Below, one piece after another: positions 8,978 through 18,396 of a stretch of 64,000 nt of DNA. How positions within the stretch are numbered: position 1 is the stretch's first letter; each line of letters starts with the position of its first letter. The position numbers were made by a program, and so were the translations under genes. The DNA is from a virus, in the IMG/VR virus record IMGVR_UViG_3300034018_000240; one strand, written 5' to 3'. Under the pieces are notes generated by a model. It worked only from the letters and a program-made list of their open reading frames with translations, searched no databases and was not told the origin of the DNA.

Positions 8978-9485
8978 CTAAATCATCCTCCCAATCCTCA
9001 TCATCATCATCATCGTATTCATGCTCATCCACAAAACTTACATGTCTAATAGTCACCTTATCATGAAAAAAGACTACATTTCTATGTATACCTTCTTCAT
9101 CTTCAGAGTCAAATACTTCCAATGCTATATCACCATTCTCACCATCTTCACCATAAACATAGGCATTAATGATTTGAACTGTGAGGTCTTCCAAGTCATC
9201 AGAACTATCACCTTGGTCCCACCAACCTATTTGGTCAGGTGTTGCAAGGATTTCTTCTTTATCATCCTTATTCTGTGTTGGCATAACAATGTATGGCTCA
9301 ACTGGTGCACCATTGAAAGCAATGTAGCTTTCCATATCTTGTGGTATGTGTGTTAGTTCATGGAGTTGTAGGTATTCATATACCTGTCCATAAACCACAT
9401 CCTTTTGCTTTGATGCAAACCACATGCCTTTCTCTAGTTGTCTAGGCATATATGATTTGAATACAAGTTTAGCTAGTGTAAACAT
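8916..9485 (-). CDS. extremely acidic protein (189 aa; C-terminal about 60 residues almost entirely D/E)
   Basis: C-terminus FDSEDEEGIH...HEYDDDDDEDWEDDLDEDDLTEYDPEPNDADHETE. Start codon preceded by AAAAACACACGATATG. Confidence 0.5.
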   Translation of the reverse strand: MFTLAKLVFKSYMPRQLEKGMWFASKQKDVVYGQVYEYLQLHELTHIPQDMESYIAFNGAPVEPYIVMPTQNKDDKEEILATPDQIGWWDQGDSSDDLEDLTVQIINAYVYGEDGENGDIALEVFDSEDEEGIHRNVVFFHDKVTIRHVSFVDEHEYDDDDDEDWEDDLDEDDLTEYDPEPNDADHETE

Positions 9486-9498
9486 ATCGTGTGTTTTT
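9486..9498 (-). promoter_or_regulatory. conserved AAAAACACACGAT element abutting the start codon (minus strand)
   Basis: Minus-strand reading AAAAACACACGAT-ATG. Confidence 0.3.
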
Positions 9499-9628
9499 AG
9501 TGTATGTTAGCAAATATAGGTTAATTAGTTAATATAAGGACCCAGCTAGGGGAAGCTGAGCCCTATATATCTCACACAAACTAACCACTAATATTGTATT
9601 GTTATAAAGTCAGGTAATTCGTTCATGG

Positions 9629-9907
9629 CTAAAGTGTGTTAGTTAATTTCTCTTGTTTATATTCTTCCACTGCTATTTTAAGCTTCTCTCTTTGTTGATG
9701 AGCATAATCTTCAGTGACAAAACTAAGCTCCATCGTGTTATCTGTTCCTGGTTCAGAACAGCGTCCACCATACTTAAGCTTACCTAAATGTCCCCAAAAG
9801 TACATATCTCTAACCATCTCAATGGCTTCGAGTTCGTCTTCTGTCTCTCTAATAATCTTATAACCACTCAAGTTGTTGTTGTCATCCCTAATTAGTTCTA
9901 GTTTCAT
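9629..9907 (-). CDS. hypothetical protein (92 aa)
   Basis: ORF preceded by TAAACACACGATTATG, the same upstream motif as the 9485 gene. Confidence 0.45.
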   Translation of the reverse strand: MKLELIRDDNNNLSGYKIIRETEDELEAIEMVRDMYFWGHLGKLKYGGRCSEPGTDNTMELSFVTEDYAHQQREKLKIAVEEYKQEKLTNTL

Positions 9908-9920
9908 AATCGTGTGTTTA
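9908..9920 (-). promoter_or_regulatory. conserved TAAACACACGATT element abutting the start codon (minus strand)
   Basis: Minus-strand reading TAAACACACGATT-ATG; near-identical to the 9486 site. Confidence 0.3.
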
Positions 9921-10258
9921 GAATGTGTGTGTAAAAAGCGAATATATAGCCTAATGTTGCCTCAGCTGTATATTCTTATGTGTATGTCATAACGCAACAA
10001 ATAAAATCCCTCTGTACTCAAATGTATAATCTGTGGTTCAGGCTCATACGTCCTTTATGATAGTCCACCCTACCTCTATGTCTAGACCATAGATTAATTG
10101 ATTATACATTTGTCTATCCTTGGGAAATAGAAATGGTACATTAAATGATTAAATAGCTGTATTACAATTCAATTACCTCCAAGCAAATAAGCTTGATAGG
10201 ACGTAATAGGTCATGCATAACCTTTTACAACTATTTAATCAATATAATAAAGAGCAGA

Positions 10259-10498
10259 CTAATTGCCTGCTCCAATATCCTGAACAAAATAGAACTCACC
10301 ACCATGAATGAGTCTAATACCACCATATAATATACCATCTATATGAACAAACTTATCCAACACACCTTGTATTGGCAATTCCATAGACTTAATACTATCA
10401 ATAGAGACTTGTTCACTCTCTATAAAGAAATCATCCTTACTAATAGGACTAATGTTATTGCCAAATAATGTATAGGCAAGTTGTTGTGCGTTATTCAT
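10259..10498 (-). CDS. hypothetical protein (79 aa)
   Basis: Isolated ORF flanked by AT-rich intergenic DNA. Confidence 0.4.
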   Translation of the reverse strand: MNNAQQLAYTLFGNNISPISKDDFFIESEQVSIDSIKSMELPIQGVLDKFVHIDGILYGGIRLIHGGEFYFVQDIGAGN

Positions 10499-10660
10499 AT
10501 AAATGCTATTTAATGCTATATATATTGTATTGTATAGCGTGAATTAATGTATCTTGAAAAGATAGCTAAAAGGGCCTATTAAGCACACACCTCTTCAAAC
10601 ATTCACACGAAATATATTGATTATCAGTGTGTTATATTGTCTGAAGTCTTGATGTTGTAT

Positions 10661-10685
10661 AAAAAAGGGGGCACGAGGCCCCCTT
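10661..10685 (-). terminator. rho-independent terminator for leftward transcription
   Basis: Minus-strand reading GGGGGC-CTCGT-GCCCCC followed by TTTTTT. Starts 3 nt after the stop of the 10690-11097 gene. Confidence 0.6.
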
Positions 10686-10689
10686 AATG

Positions 10690-11097
10690 CTAGTAAGCAG
10701 CTAGTTCTTCGTAACTAACAGCTTGCTTAGCAGTGCTATCAATTACAAATTCTTCTTCTTCACCACCTTTACCAACTGGTGCACAGATTGTAGTGATCTT
10801 ACCATCAAGGCTTTCACAAATGTTAAGCTTCAAAATGGCAGCAATCACGTCTCTTTTAGGTGCCCCATTATCAAGAGCGTTCTTCACAGTCAAGCTAACT
10901 CTCTTACTTAATGGACAAGTGGTGCTTGTACCATCTTTTAGTGTTAATACCATTGACATTGCTTTGATGACACCATCATTGAACCTGCTGATAGTACCTG
11001 GACAAAACTTAACGCTTCCACCTGCGTGAAGACTTGCAACTGTTCCCAATTCAGTTAGCTTAGGAGTGCTAACAAACTCTTTGTACATTAGTGCCAT
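10690..11097 (-). CDS. hypothetical protein, first gene of the leftward early arm (135 aa from MALMYKEFVS...)
   Basis: The ORF track extends to 11199 through the G-rich regulatory repeats. The Met at 11097 is the plausible start. The gene is insulated by its own strong terminator. C-terminus GGEEEEFVIDSTAKQAVSYEELAAY is acidic. Confidence 0.5.
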   Translation of the reverse strand: MALMYKEFVSTPKLTELGTVASLHAGGSVKFCPGTISRFNDGVIKAMSMVLTLKDGTSTTCPLSKRVSLTVKNALDNGAPKRDVIAAILKLNICESLDGKITTICAPVGKGGEEEEFVIDSTAKQAVSYEELAAY

Positions 11098-11119
11098 TGT
11101 TTTTCGTTTTAGGCTGTTA

Positions 11120-11570
11120 ATTAATAGGGGGGATGTGTCGATCCCCCAATTGTAGGAGGGGTGGCAAGCTGGAAGTACCCTCTCCTCCCATGGACACAAT
11201 AGGGGTAGGGGGTATGTAAAATTTTTGGTAGGGGGTTGTTAATTGTTCCATGTGGAACATTCTGTCTAAGCAATTGAAGACTAGGGGGTTAGCTGGCCCA
11301 AGTGTTAAATGTTGTGTCACACTTTTTCAAATATTTGTGACAGATTTGGCAAGTTATAACAAGTCTATATTCTGCCAAAAGTCAAGCTATAGCTTTACCC
11401 TAGGGGATGTTTAGTCAAGGGATAGCTTTACATAATGTGTCTTATTATACCCATAAGCATATAGTTTGGTCTTTATAAGGGACATTATATCTTAGGGCAT
11501 ATAAAAATAAATTTGGTGGGTATAAATATTTACCTGTATCTTTGGGGGGGATTTAGGGGGGGCCCCATCT
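11120..11570. repeat. divergent regulatory hub with TAGGGG(G) iteron-like repeats, short palindromes and G7 tracts; candidate early promoter/operator region and/or replication origin
   Basis: TAGGGG(G) copies at about 11125, 11152 (variant), 11200, 11205, 11229, 11282, 11401 and 11554. Inverted repeat GGGGGAT-GTGTCG-ATCCCCC at 11128-11147. Palindrome TGTTCCA-TG-TGGAACA at 11244-11259. GGGGGGG-ATTTA-GGGGGGG-CCCC at 11544-11566. Transcription polarity switches here. Confidence 0.5.
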
Positions 11571-11601
11571 AATACCTCTCTATTAATTAAAGCTTTGATA
11601 T

Positions 11602-11844
11602 ATGGTAGTATTATTACTTGGTTGTATTGTTGGTCTCTTGAGTGTGATTGTAGTGGTATGGGGGTTTGTACACTTTGAGGAGTGGGAGATAGGGATAGAG
11701 TTTCTACCTAAACATTATAACAACTTTGAGCTAGGAATATCGAATAGAAACTACGAGCTGACAGATGGAGGACTAGAGCAAGAGCTTAGAATAGGTCTGT
11801 TATTATTCACCTTTTTAATCATGTTTAGGAGATTTGATGCATAA
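11602..11844 (+). CDS. small hydrophobic (membrane) protein (80 aa)
   Basis: MVVLLLGCIVGLLSVIVVVWGFV... N-terminal TM-like segment. First ORF of the rightward arm; could be spurious. Confidence 0.3.
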   Translation: MVVLLLGCIVGLLSVIVVVWGFVHFEEWEIGIEFLPKHYNNFELGISNRNYELTDGGLEQELRIGLLLFTFLIMFRRFDA

Positions 11845-11907
11845 TATAGCATTAACTTTTATAATAACTAAAATAGTTATTTGTAGATCGTCCAGATATA
11901 CATACCT

Positions 11908-12273
11908 TTGTATCAACTAATTATGGAAGCAAAACCAATTGTACAACGACTAAAGACTTCAGTCAATGACAGTATTGTCATGGCTGAGAAGTATTATAGA
12001 ATCTTGTCAGCTGTCAATGACCTGAAGCTTACAAAGAGGGAGATACAATTGATAGCCTTTGCTGCTATAAAAGGGAACATCTCTTATGCTAATATACGTA
12101 AGGAGTTTTGTGAAAGATACGACAGTACGTCCCCAGCCATAAATAACATTATCTCCAAACTAAAGAAGATGGGGATATTTGTAAAGGATGGGACAAAGGT
12201 GAAGGTTAATCCCATCATCTTGCTCAACTTTGAGAAAGATCTTGTATTGCAAATAACTCTAGCACATGGATAA
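11908..12273 (+). CDS. hypothetical early protein (121 aa)
   Basis: Co-oriented ORF at the start of the rightward arm. Confidence 0.45.
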   Translation: MYQLIMEAKPIVQRLKTSVNDSIVMAEKYYRILSAVNDLKLTKREIQLIAFAAIKGNISYANIRKEFCERYDSTSPAINNIISKLKKMGIFVKDGTKVKVNPIILLNFEKDLVLQITLAHG

Positions 12274-12652
12274 GCCTATAAGTATGTCTGTCAAGGACTA
12301 CCTTGTTAGGACCCTTGCTGTGAAGATGATGATTTCTGAGAAGACAATTGAGACAGTGATAAACCACCAGTTTCAATCTGCCAACGAGGCGATGGACACA
12401 AATAACAGTATTGAAATCTCTGGGTTTGGGAAGTTTTATTTCAATGAGAAGAAAGCCAAGAAACGTCTAGAAGACTTGACTAGGAAGAAAAACCTAATGC
12501 TTGAGTTCCTAGCCAGTGCTGAAACCTCAGAACAAAAGAAACGTTCCTCTCAGGTGACACTAGAAAAAACAGAAGCTCTGATCAATTTACTAAAAAGTAA
12601 AATTATATATGAAGATCAACTTCTCTCAGATTTACGAGGGCTGGAAGAATAA
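12266..12652 (+). CDS. HU/IHF-like (DNABII-like) DNA-binding protein, N-terminal similarity only
   Basis: MSVKDYLVRTLAVKMMISEKTIETVINHQFQSANEAMDTNNSIEISGFGKFYFNEKKAKK parallels the HU pattern (helix-helix then GFGxF...R..R). The RNP arm motif is absent; the C-terminus is charged and coiled. Confidence 0.45.
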   Translation: MDKPISMSVKDYLVRTLAVKMMISEKTIETVINHQFQSANEAMDTNNSIEISGFGKFYFNEKKAKKRLEDLTRKKNLMLEFLASAETSEQKKRSSQVTLEKTEALINLLKSKIIYEDQLLSDLRGLEE

Positions 12653-12956
12653 CCTGTTCCCAGCTGATGACATGAAAGAACGCATTAGGGAAATTAGCCA
12701 ACAACGTATGGCTATTTGTGATACCTGTGAATGGTGTTCTGAAAACAGACCTAAGAAACCTCGAAGGTTTGATAAGCATTGTACACATTGTGGGTGTGTT
12801 CTATCAGCTAAGACTAGGTGTCTATCTTGTAGCTGTCCTATAGAAAAGTGGGGAGCAGAGATGGAATCACGAGAGGAAGAAGAACAATTAATACAAACAG
12901 TATATGGAAAACAGGGAAGTGAAAATTCAGAAGATTCCACTGGACAGACTAATTGA
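12609..12956 (+). CDS. Cys-rich zinc-finger protein (probable start at Met 12672)
   Basis: CDTCEWC...(x)...CTHCGC...C..CSC gives four CxxC-type pairs. Acidic low-complexity C-terminus. Confidence 0.4.
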   Translation: MKINFSQIYEGWKNNLFPADDMKERIREISQQRMAICDTCEWCSENRPKKPRRFDKHCTHCGCVLSAKTRCLSCSCPIEKWGAEMESREEEEQLIQTVYGKQGSENSEDSTGQTN

Positions 12957-13161
12957 GACTTTAGTTAACCTTTATAACCAGGGAATAGACTATATTGATA
13001 TATCTGGAGTACCAGGTGTTGAGTTTGATAGAATGGCTATTGTCTTTACAAAAGACTATATGACAGAAGAAGGAAAGAAAAACTTTGGAGAAGACAGTGA
13101 GTTAGACTTGGAGATTGGTCCAAGCAAACTAACAGATGACGATATAAACCAGTTAATATAA
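12904..13161 (+). CDS. hypothetical protein (85 aa)
   Basis: ORF overlapping the previous gene by 53 nt; no motif. Confidence 0.35.
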   Translation: MENREVKIQKIPLDRLIETLVNLYNQGIDYIDISGVPGVEFDRMAIVFTKDYMTEEGKKNFGEDSELDLEIGPSKLTDDDINQLI

Positions 13162-13165
13162 TACA

Positions 13166-13450
13166 ATGAGTAAAAAGACTCACTATACAGAAGTGATATC
13201 TATATTACAAGAACTAAATAAAGACTTCCCTACATACAATTTGGGCAGACACTTAGCTACAGCTCTTGCAGACTATGGTGACATTTGGGGTATAACAGAT
13301 AAAGAACTTGCATTTGCTCTAAGTAAGTATAAGAGTGAGATAGAGATGGATGTACCTCACACAGATGAATCTGAGTTAGAAAAGATTATAAAAGAAGGTA
13401 TGGACCTTGATAACATCCTGAAGGAGGAGGAAGAAGATGGCGACTATTAA
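13166..13450 (+). CDS. hypothetical protein (94 aa)
   Basis: Co-oriented ORF; acidic C-terminus. Confidence 0.45.
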   Translation: MSKKTHYTEVISILQELNKDFPTYNLGRHLATALADYGDIWGITDKELAFALSKYKSEIEMDVPHTDESELEKIIKEGMDLDNILKEEEEDGDY

Positions 13451-13769
13451 GAAAACTACATACGTAAATACAGAGCTTGAATGGGCAGAAGTACAGCTAA
13501 AGTCTTGGAAAGCATACGTTGATGCTAATCCACTACATGAATTGAAAGATAGGATTGAGTGGAAACCTACAGCTAAAGGAGGAATGTTACCTATGGTCAT
13601 AGCCTCTATTGAAGCTCAAGGTAAGTTTGTCCAAGAGACAATGAAAAACTACCTAGCATTGGTAGAAGTGGTAGATAAGTTAAGAAACATGGAAGAAGCT
13701 AAGGTGGAAGTGAGAGGAAAAGGTGAATTATCAGGAGCTGCTGCTGAGTTCTTAGCAAATAGAAAATGA
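13437..13769 (+). CDS. hypothetical protein immediately upstream of terL; positional candidate for the small terminase subunit
   Basis: 110 aa, overlaps the terL start by 4 nt. Only position supports the TerS idea. Confidence 0.45.
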   Translation: MATIKKTTYVNTELEWAEVQLKSWKAYVDANPLHELKDRIEWKPTAKGGMLPMVIASIEAQGKFVQETMKNYLALVEVVDKLRNMEEAKVEVRGKGELSGAAAEFLANRK

Positions 13770-15808
13770 TAGAACTACAAAATATAGATTACAAAGACTG
13801 GTTTATAAATCAGAAGCGTATTCCTGATAAAGACTCTCAGGAGTGTAAGCCATTCTTTGACTTTCACAGAGAGCTATGTTTAAATGGAGCCATGATGGGG
13901 GGTGTTTATATCAACCCCTTTTTGTATTGGCACCTAAACATATGGCATACAGAGGTAGATGTAATAGATGAAAGAGGAAGGATTGCACAGAAATATGCCA
14001 ATCCTTTTTTAAGAGATAATGAATGGCTTGTGACAAATGAAATTGACAGAGCTCAACAAGAAAAGAGGGGCTTAGTCATTCTAGGTATTAGACGTTTTGC
14101 CAAGTCAGTTTTAGAAGCATCCTATATTGCATGGGGTGCAACCTTTGATGAAAACAGTCAGAATATCATAGCAGGCTTAAATGCCCCAGATATAAAACTG
14201 ATTACTGATAAGATTGACAAAGGATTGAATTTCATTCCTGAGTATTGGAGATGGCAGAGAATTGAGGACAACTGGAAGAACCAAGTGACTCTAGGTATAA
14301 AGACCAAGTCTGGTGAACGTATCCCATTCTCTTCCATTCTAATACGTAACCTTGATGAAGGTAATAATGAAGAGGCCATTGCAGGTACAAAACCACGTAA
14401 ATTAATTATAGATGAAATTGGTAAAGGAAACTTTCTTAGAGGCTTACAGGCTGCTATTCCAGGTTTCACTACACCCTATGGCTGGGGATGTAGCCCCATA
14501 CTTACTGGGACTGGTGGGGACATGAAGAAATTCATGGATGCAAAGAGCTTAATGTTTGACGTAGACAACTTTAACTTCCTTACATATAATAATAGTAAAG
14601 ATGACAAACGTATACATGGATTGTTCATCTCTCATAAATATAGAATGGAGGCAAAGGATGATTCTACACTAGGAGCATATTTGAATGAACCATCCACCTC
14701 AGACTTACACAATGTAAAAATGCTTGTAAGTGATGAAGAAAAGGCAACACAGATTACTAATGATAATTTAGAAAGACTTAAGAAAGCTGGAGATAGAATA
14801 GCCTATCTAAAAGAAAAGATGTACTATCCTCAGGAAGTGGATGACATTTTCTTAAATGAGGATACTAATATATTTGATATTGACAGTGCTAAGAGACAGA
14901 AGTTTAGATTGTTGCAACAAGAAAGAACAGGAACTCCTGTTATCTTGTTTAATGATGGAGAGAAGATAGCTCATGAGTTTACAGATAAATTACCCATCTC
15001 TAACTTCCCTCTAAAAAACTCAGACCTAAAAGAAGCACCTGTTGTTATATATGAATTCCCTGTGGATAATCCTCCTTATGGATTGTATGTAGCAGGAGTC
15101 GATCCATATAGACAAGGTAAGTCTGCATATTCAAGTTCACTTGGATCTGTATACATATATAAAAGGATGCATGAAATTTCAGGTGAGAAGTATCAAGATA
15201 TGTTCGTAGCTTCGTATTGTGCAAGACCTGATAAGAAAGAAACTTGGGAAGAACAAGCTAGACTTCTTATTAAATACTATAACGCTAGAACTTTGTGTGA
15301 GAATGATGATATATCATTTATTGAATATATGAAGAGTAAAGGAGATGCACACTACTTAGAGAAACAACCTGAATGGCTTAAAGAGATTGTTCCTAATACC
15401 ACTGTAAAAAGAGATTATGGAATTCATCGTTCAAGTCAGAAGATAATTGACTATCTTCACACCTGTTTAAAGAAGTATATGGAAGCTCCAATCTTTGTAG
15501 AGAAGAATGACGCAGGTGAAGTGATTAGAGAAGTCTTGGGTGTGAGTAAGATATTTGATCCTGTATTGCTTGAAGAGATTATTCAATACAATGATCAAGG
15601 TAACTTTGATAGAATTATTGCTGCAGAGTTAGCAATAGCACAAGCATTAAAGATGGACCCAATAATGGGTAAGATAGGTGGTACATCAGATGAGAGAGTA
15701 GCTTCTATGTTCAATAAGAAAAGAGGCAATATACTTTTCACTGAAGCTAGGAACAACATGTTTGGACAATCAAGAAATAAATATAAACGAAATAAATTGT
15801 TTTCATAA
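13766..15808 (+). CDS. terL: terminase large subunit (ATPase plus RNase H-like nuclease)
   Basis: 680 aa. Walker A-like GIRRFAKS, Walker B KLIIDEIG, C-terminal nuclease motif YVAGVDPYRQGKS (hhhGhD), followed directly by the portal gene. Confidence 0.75.
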   Translation: MIELQNIDYKDWFINQKRIPDKDSQECKPFFDFHRELCLNGAMMGGVYINPFLYWHLNIWHTEVDVIDERGRIAQKYANPFLRDNEWLVTNEIDRAQQEKRGLVILGIRRFAKSVLEASYIAWGATFDENSQNIIAGLNAPDIKLITDKIDKGLNFIPEYWRWQRIEDNWKNQVTLGIKTKSGERIPFSSILIRNLDEGNNEEAIAGTKPRKLIIDEIGKGNFLRGLQAAIPGFTTPYGWGCSPILTGTGGDMKKFMDAKSLMFDVDNFNFLTYNNSKDDKRIHGLFISHKYRMEAKDDSTLGAYLNEPSTSDLHNVKMLVSDEEKATQITNDNLERLKKAGDRIAYLKEKMYYPQEVDDIFLNEDTNIFDIDSAKRQKFRLLQQERTGTPVILFNDGEKIAHEFTDKLPISNFPLKNSDLKEAPVVIYEFPVDNPPYGLYVAGVDPYRQGKSAYSSSLGSVYIYKRMHEISGEKYQDMFVASYCARPDKKETWEEQARLLIKYYNARTLCENDDISFIEYMKSKGDAHYLEKQPEWLKEIVPNTTVKRDYGIHRSSQKIIDYLHTCLKKYMEAPIFVEKNDAGEVIREVLGVSKIFDPVLLEEIIQYNDQGNFDRIIAAELAIAQALKMDPIMGKIGGTSDERVASMFNKKRGNILFTEARNNMFGQSRNKYKRNKLFS

Positions 15809-18396
15809 TGGCAATTATAAGATACACGAAAGACGCAACAATTAGGTATGCCTACCTTAATATCTTCCCTGATCAGTTCAAGACTGAGAGAGAAAAGATG
15901 GATGAGAGTTGGATTAAAAACACAATGGACTATTTTGCTAACAAGGCATATGCTGAGTATGTTAAGAGCAGAGATACATTTGTTAAAAACTATGACTTAG
16001 TAAAAGGTATTCTAAGAAGAGAAGATTTTTATCAAGAACCAGAAGTAAGAAGTTTTACAGATGTGCTCACAGCAGATTTAGCTCTTCCTGCCTATGTAAA
16101 ACATTATTCTATAATGACCACTCCTATTAACGAGTTAGTAGGAGAAATCTCTAAGAGACCTGACGCATTTCGTGTCAAAGCATTTGATGATGATAGTAAA
16201 GCTGAAGAGCTTGAGTTTAAAACTCAAATGTTAAATGATTATGTAGTTAATACAGCCAAGAGAAAGATATTAGAAAAGGCTGCTATGAATGGAGAAGAGA
16301 TTGAAGAGGAAGAATTAAATCAAATGACTTTAGATCAAGTTAAAGATGAATTAGACTCTTATACATCTACAGCAGAAAAGTGGGCAAACCATATTCTTAC
16401 AGCTCAGAAGGCTGAGTTTAATTTAAAGGAGAAAGGAGAAGACTCTTTTAGAGATCTTTTAATTTCTGCTAGAGAGTTCTTTCACATATATGAAGATAAC
16501 TCTAAGCTTGGATTTAACGTTGAGGTGGCTAATCCTAAGAACACTTGGTTCTTAACTACTCCTGATAGAAAATGGATATCTGATCCTACAGGTCGTGCAC
16601 AAGGTGCATATGCTGCTGGTATTGTACAAGTTATGGAATTGTCTGAGATTATTGAATCTATCCCAGACTTAACTAAAGATGAGATTGATCACTTACGTAG
16701 TTCATTACAAGACTATGGATTGATCAATGTACGTGAATCTAACTTGGGCAATCCTAATGCTATTCCTGGTAATGAATCTATTCAATACGATACATTTGAC
16801 CCATTAGTCTTACAGACTAGAATGATTATTGAGTCTGAGATGAAACAGAATGATGATGGTCTTCAGGACTTCTTAGGACTTACATCTAATGTAAGCTCTT
16901 TTGGTTATAAGTATGTTGTAGTAAGATCTTATTGGATTTCTAAAAAGAAGATAGGTAAAGTTATTTACTTAGATGAGATGGGTAATGAACAGTCTCAACT
17001 TGTAGATGAAAACTATAAATCTGGAATGCTTCCTACACAACAGTCTTTAGAGTGGGGTTGGATTAACCAATGGTATCAAGGTGTTAAAATTGGTCCAGAT
17101 ATCTATCATGTCAAACCTTATAACTTATTACCTTATTGTCCTATCATAGGTCAAACGTTTGAAGTGAAGAACACAGAGGCTAAGAGTCTTGTAGATATGA
17201 TGAAGCCTTTCCAAGTTTTATATAATGTGTGTATGAACCAGTTATATAAATTACTTGAGAAGGAAGTAGGTAAGGTTCAGTTAATGTCTATTAGACATAT
17301 TCCTATTCCTAAAGATGGAGATGCTCAAGATGCTCTTGACATTTGGGAAATGGAAGCTCGTAACAGAGGTGTAGTATTTGTGGATGATAGTCCAGAAAAC
17401 TTAAAGAGCCCAAGCTCATTTAATCAATACACTAGCTTAGACCTTACACGTACGCAGGAGATCCAAGCAAGATACACTCTAGCACAACAACTTAAGAATG
17501 AGTGTTGGGAATTAATAGGTATGTCAAGACAAAGACTTGGTGCTATACAAGCTAGTGAATCAGCTACAGCAACCAATGCAGCCATTACACAATCTTATGC
17601 TCAGACAGAACCTTTATTTGTAGCTCATGAATATATCATGGGTCAATTATATCAATCTATTATTGATGCTGCTTTATATGTAGAAAGTTCTAAACCACAA
17701 TCTACTATTTCTTATGTAAATTCTGAAGGAGAATCTGCATTTGTTTCTGTAAATGGTTCAGACTTACGTTTTAGAGATTTAAAAATATTCTTGACTAACA
17801 GACCTGAAGATAAGCAAATGTTTAATGAAATTAGAGGTTTGTCTCAAGCTGTTCTACAAAATGGTGGTTCATTACATGACATCATTGAGCTTTATAGCAC
17901 TAACTCTATTCGTCAGATGAAGAAGGTGTTCAAAACTCTTAAGAGCAGACAAGAAGAATTGGAAGTTACTAAGTTACAACAACAACAACAACAATTAGAC
18001 CAACAACAGCAACAAGCTGAAGCTCAACTGCAATTACTTCAACAACAACAAGCTGAGAAGATTGCTAATGATAATTATCAAGCTGAGCTTGATAGAATCA
18101 ATAAAAAAGAAATTGCTCTTATTGCAGCAGAGGCTAAGAACATGGGACCATTGAGTGATGAAGATGCTTCTGGTGTTCCTGATGTATTGGAAATCAATAA
18201 GTTAGCTACAGAGGAATCAAAAGCTATAAAAGATTATCAAAGCAAGATGGCTGATATTCAATCTAAGAATAGGATGGCTTCACAAAAACTTGAAGTTGAA
18301 AGAGAAAAATTACAAGTGGCTAGAGAAAACCAAGCAAATGATTTAGCTATTGCTAAGGAAAATGCCAAGGGTAGAGCTGCTAAAAAACCTAAATAA
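15808..18396 (+). CDS. portal protein (862 aa)
   Basis: Position immediately after terL with a TAATG overlap. Size typical of crAss-like portals. C-terminal Q-rich coiled coil (QQQQQQLDQQQQQAEAQLQLLQQQQ). Confidence 0.6.
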   Translation: MAIIRYTKDATIRYAYLNIFPDQFKTEREKMDESWIKNTMDYFANKAYAEYVKSRDTFVKNYDLVKGILRREDFYQEPEVRSFTDVLTADLALPAYVKHYSIMTTPINELVGEISKRPDAFRVKAFDDDSKAEELEFKTQMLNDYVVNTAKRKILEKAAMNGEEIEEEELNQMTLDQVKDELDSYTSTAEKWANHILTAQKAEFNLKEKGEDSFRDLLISAREFFHIYEDNSKLGFNVEVANPKNTWFLTTPDRKWISDPTGRAQGAYAAGIVQVMELSEIIESIPDLTKDEIDHLRSSLQDYGLINVRESNLGNPNAIPGNESIQYDTFDPLVLQTRMIIESEMKQNDDGLQDFLGLTSNVSSFGYKYVVVRSYWISKKKIGKVIYLDEMGNEQSQLVDENYKSGMLPTQQSLEWGWINQWYQGVKIGPDIYHVKPYNLLPYCPIIGQTFEVKNTEAKSLVDMMKPFQVLYNVCMNQLYKLLEKEVGKVQLMSIRHIPIPKDGDAQDALDIWEMEARNRGVVFVDDSPENLKSPSSFNQYTSLDLTRTQEIQARYTLAQQLKNECWELIGMSRQRLGAIQASESATATNAAITQSYAQTEPLFVAHEYIMGQLYQSIIDAALYVESSKPQSTISYVNSEGESAFVSVNGSDLRFRDLKIFLTNRPEDKQMFNEIRGLSQAVLQNGGSLHDIIELYSTNSIRQMKKVFKTLKSRQEELEVTKLQQQQQQLDQQQQQAEAQLQLLQQQQAEKIANDNYQAELDRINKKEIALIAAEAKNMGPLSDEDASGVPDVLEINKLATEESKAIKDYQSKMADIQSKNRMASQKLEVEREKLQVARENQANDLAIAKENAKGRAAKKPK

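Noticed and set aside
11117-11320. 67-aa minus-strand ORF (P/G-rich)
   Set aside because: Lies in the G-rich iteron region; its translation merely reflects the GGGGG repeats.
14158-14469. 103-aa minus-strand ORF
   Set aside because: Embedded antisense within terL.
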